DNA of 64,000 nt from Anthoceros angustus (lineage: Eukaryota; Plantae; Anthocerotophyta). This document shows, piece after piece, positions 60,307 through 64,000 of the stretch. A program made the translations under genes and the position numbers. The stretch lies in the NCBI GenBank assembly GCA_010909165.1, contig MU008181.1, positions 248,001-312,000 of the forward strand, written 5' to 3'. A model generated the notes under the pieces. The model was not told the origin of the DNA, made no database searches, and saw only the letters and a list, made by a program, of their open reading frames with translations. Position 1 is the first letter of the stretch. Every line of letters starts with the position of its first letter.

Positions 60307-61555
60307 TTAAAAGATATTTGCAAGAATGTGAGATTTTGAAGTTCATGGTGCGGAGGAACTATTTCGATTTAGGTCTCGCCCTTTGGGTAATTTACGTGCC
60401 CTCTAGGGAAACCTGTAGAGAACAAGTAGAGAGAATGAAATCGTTAACATACACCGTAATATACATGCATGCACCTATCCTTCTATAAAGGGGAACACCA
60501 ATCTTCATTGAACAAACCTTAACAACCGTAGATCACACGATTATTAAAACATATTTGCAAGGAGCATGGATAACGAGATTTTCAAATTCATAGTCCGGGG
60601 GAACTATTTCGGTTTAGGTGTCACCCTTTGGGTAATTTACGTGCCCTCTAGGGAAACATGTAGGGAACAAGTAGGGAGAATGAATTCGTTAACACGCGCC
60701 GGAATACACATGCATACACCCATCCCTCTATAAACGAGAACATCAATCTCCATTGAACAAACCTTAACAACCGTAGATCATACGATTATTAAAATATATT
60801 TATAAGAATATGAGATTTTGAAGTTCATGGCGGAGGACCTATTTCTTAGGTGTCGCCTTTGGGTAATTTATGTGCCCTCTAGGGAAACCTCAGAGAGAAC
60901 AAGTACAAAAAATGAATTCGTTAACACGCGCCGGAATACATGCATACACCCATCCCTCTATAAACGAGAACATCAATCTCCATTGAACAAACCTTAACAA
61001 CCGTAGATCATACGATTATTAAAATATATTTATAAGAATATGAGATTTTGAAGTTCATGGCGCGGAGGACCTATTTCAGTTTAGGTGTCGCCCTTTGGGT
61101 AATTTATGTGCCCTCTAGGGAAACCTGTAGAGAACAAGTACAAAAAATGAATTCGTTAATACGCACCGGAATATACATGCATACACGCATCCCTCTATAA
61201 AGGAGAACATCAATCTTCATTGAACAAACCTTAACAACCGTAGATCACACGATTAATAGAAGTTATTTGCAAGGAGCATTTCAAATTCATAGTCCGGGGG
61301 ATTTATTTCGATTTAGGTGCCGCCCTTTGGGTAATTTACGTGAACCTGAAAGAAACAAGTATAGAGAATGAATTTGTTAACACACGCCGGAATATTTATG
61401 CATACACCCATCCCTCTATAAAGGAGAACATCAATCTTCATTGAACAAACCTTAACAATCGTAGATCTCAGGACTATGAAAAGTTACCTGCAAGAAAAAT
61501 GGATAACAAGATTTCGAAGTTCATAGTCCGGAGCAGCGGTTTAGATATAGGCCTC
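60307..61555. repeat. ~235-bp tandem array, right part (~5 units)
   Basis: The anchor cc(c)tttgggtaat recurs at ~60379, 60624, 60856, 61091 and 61323 (periods 232-245 bp). Confidence 0.96.
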
Positions 61556-63015
61556 GCCCATTTATACCCCATGAGAAACTACAAATTTGGTAGGTTTTCA
61601 CCAGACTTCACGTTGGCAACTACTAAATTGGTAATTTTTCAACGGCTGTGTGTCAATTGCTATATTGGCATCTATTCCAAAAAGAGATAGTGCTGCTGAT
61701 TTCCGTTAAATTTATTTACATCTAGTACGAATTAATCTAATGACTTATCATTAAGTAAGTAATTAGTATTAATTAATATGAAGCGGTTATGTTAATTAAG
61801 AATTGATCAATGTTAATTAAACATGGTTAGCAATAGCTAAGTGGATAAACACAAGTAACATGCTTTAGCATATTCCTTGCATATTATAGTATATGCTTTG
61901 GATATTTCCGACATATGCTGATGCTAATAAGATATCTTAGGAATATGCCGATGCTAAGGGCTAGTATATCTATATAGACCCTTTCAAAAAGGACAAGCTC
62001 ACATCATAGCTTGTCCTCTAGATTTGTAATGCAAGAGTATTGTGAGGAGGCCAAAGCTATCACTCCGAGAGTTATGTGAGCAATTTGCGTATTGTGGTTA
62101 GATTACATATATAGTTGTAAACGAGTTTGGTGCTAAGAAGGTGTGTGTTGAACCTTGTGGCCACGGCTCCTTTGCGACGAATCCAATTTTTTTTTTCGAG
62201 ATGCACGACGCGTTCGATTCCTTTCAGCACCGAATAAAACACTATTTCGCACAACAACAGTCTTGTGCACCAGAGCTCCCAGAGCCTCCACAGCCTCAAG
62301 CAGCGGTCCCCATTGCTGTCAAGCTCGGTTCCATCACCGTCGATGTTAATGCCGCTGGTAATCTACACGGCAACGTTCCCAAACCAGCTGGCTCATGTGG
62401 GATTCTTTGCTGCTTGTCGTTGTGGCTCTCCTGTGTATACATGTGTTTTCATACCCAGAAGATGCCGCAGTTGAGGACCCCCGGTTGGCGCTGTTGGCAC
62501 AACATCTACATCATTTTGGGATTGATTTTTCCTCACTGATCAAGGTCAGCTTAACTCACAAGCCTCCAGCACCTGCCTTAGGCATATGCCTGGTTCAGCG
62601 TGCTCTGGTGCTGATTTACCGATACAATTTGAGGACAGAGATGACTACTGCGGTGAGACAACTTGACCAAAATGTTTCGACTGAAATCGCATCCAAGAGA
62701 AAGGACAGGAACTTGAGCCTTTGTTTGGTCCGCTCTCTAACTTCCTGCTCGTGGCATACTCTGCAAAGCTTGCTGGAGCCAGTTCAGGTCGCTGCCGGTG
62801 ACCACAGTAGGAGCAGGGGGCCTGCTCAGCGTGCCGATCCGCAGCTCCAGGAAGCACTCGCCGGACCCCATGGCCAGCCCCGACTCCACGCAGCTGTGGA
62901 AGGACTCCGACTCGCCGGGAGGCGGGGAGGTCGGGTCACATTGTGACAATCCGATTTTAACGTCTTTCTGTGACAACTCTAGATACGACACATTTTTCAC
63001 TTTACAGAAAACAGT

Positions 63016-64000
63016 TCAGCTTTGGACACTCGGTTGCTGCTTCCTATCCCTAACCAGAAAACTGTGCACAACTCCGTCCATGTCTGTCCACCAGCTCTGG
63101 CCTGGCTGCTTCCAAGCCCCGACTCCTATTCTCCTTGCCTGAATCTCCTGTGCTTCCTCCCACATCTGGGCTCCAGCGTATATGCTCGACATCAATACAT
63201 ATGCTGCAGCATCTTTCTTGTCGATCTTCATTGCTTCTTCGAAAGCATGACGTCCCACCGCCACGTTGCTCCACTTTCGACAAGCACCTAGTAGAGTGTG
63301 CCAAATCGAAGTGTTTGGAGGTACAGGCATTGTCCTCACTAAGGCTAGTGCCTCCTCCACTTGTCCTGCACGACCCAGGAGATCCACCATGCAAGAATAG
63401 TGGTCCACCGTGGGAGCTATGCCGTAGTGTCTGCTCATAGCCTCAAAGTACTCTTGCCCTTCGTTCACGAGACCTGCATAACTGCATACTGGCAGTAAGC
63501 TGAGGAATGTGATACCATCTGGCTGTATGCCCTCATCTGTCATTCTGAGGAACAAGTCAAAGACGTGCTCGCAGTCTCCCTGTCGATGGTATCCTGCAAT
63601 CAGAGCATTCCAGGCCACGACATCTCTTTCTGCCAATGCCTCAAACACCTCTTGGGCATCAACCATGCTTCCGCACTTTCCGTACATGTGTATCAGACTG
63701 CGGGCTACAACCACATCAGTCTGAAGCCCTTGGTCTTTAATCTGTGTATGAAGTTGCATTCCAAGACACAAAGCTGCCACATCTGCACATGCCTGCAAGA
63801 GGGAGACAAATGTCACGGAATCAGGTGCAAACACACCTCCTTCTTGCATAGCACGGTAAAGACCAAGGGCTTCCTGCCCCTTGCCCTCTTGGCAATATCC
63901 AGTTATCATGGCATTCCATGTCACCACATTCCTTTCATCAAGGCTGCCAAACACTGCTTGAGCATCTTCTATGCTGCCGCACTTTGCATACATGTTTACC
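63016..64000 (-). CDS. PLS-class PPR protein with E domains and a WW-type PG box, no DYW; 5' end beyond the window; paralogue of 23363-25855
   Basis: MYAKCGSIEDAQAVFG..NVVTWNAMITGY..SVTFVSLLQACA..DHYSCMVDLLGRAG..IWHTLLGACRKWSNV..WKQPGQSWWTDMDGVVHSFLVRDRKQQPSVQS*. Confidence 0.93.
   Translation of the reverse strand, partial: VNMYAKCGSIEDAQAVFGSLDERNVVTWNAMITGYCQEGKGQEALGLYRAMQEGGVFAPDSVTFVSLLQACADVAALCLGMQLHTQIKDQGLQTDVVVARSLIHMYGKCGSMVDAQEVFEALAERDVVAWNALIAGYHRQGDCEHVFDLFLRMTDEGIQPDGITFLSLLPVCSYAGLVNEGQEYFEAMSRHYGIAPTVDHYSCMVDLLGRAGQVEEALALVRTMPVPPNTSIWHTLLGACRKWSNVAVGRHAFEEAMKIDKKDAAAYVLMSSIYAGAQMWEEAQEIQARRIGVGAWKQPGQSWWTDMDGVVHSFLVRDRKQQPSVQS

Noticed and set aside
61560-62100. Helitron 3' end (CTAG at ~61961 or ~61722)
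   Set aside because: No convincing GC-rich hairpin precedes the CTAG and no matching 5' TC boundary could be fixed.
62205-62230. GTTCGATTCC tRNA B-box-like motif (also the reverse-strand match near 26335)
   Set aside because: There is no A box, acceptor stem or cloverleaf around either site.
62141-63000. ORFs of 87-183 codons between the satellite and the second PPR gene
   Set aside because: There is no recognisable domain and the frames conflict on both strands. They may be gene fragments but cannot be supported.
62930-63015. SDCHNVTR after the second PPR stop, and MYATGF after the first, as DYW remnants
   Set aside because: No HxE(x)nCxxC, spacing is wrong and the frames are inconsistent, so the similarity is too short to support.

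Overview
Eukaryotic nuclear DNA from a land plant. It is most likely a non-seed plant such as a hornwort, inferred from GC-rich compact genes, ~80-120 bp introns and PLS-class PPR genes with a 'PGQSWW' PG-box. The left third is a gene island: calnexin, a dead NOG1 copy, an orphan multi-exon coiled-coil gene, a GLUTAMINE DUMPER-like VIMAG protein, V-ATPase c'' followed by a decayed copy of its last exon, and TCAB1/WRAP53. Next come a truncated Copia element and a PLS-E PPR gene. The right two-thirds is a nested-insertion zone whose empty sites can be rebuilt base by base. (i) An F-box gene is broken by a solo-LTR-like insert (TSD GGTAC) and by a 4.2-kb 39-bp satellite with no TSD. (ii) An AT-rich, kinase-domain-only gene is split in its activation loop by a 13.5-kb Gypsy chromovirus (TSD ACAGA). 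(iii) That chromovirus's chromodomain is split by a 7.5-kb TIR element with unusual CCCTA ends (TSD ATG) and no recognisable transposase. (iv) A ~235-bp tandem array just upstream of the kinase is split by a full 8.6-kb CACTA element (TSD TTA) with a 1.6-kb internal duplication. A second, paralogous PPR gene runs off the right edge. Repeat copies differ mostly by small indels, so some frameshifts may be assembly consensus errors. No rRNA, tRNA or CRISPR array was found.
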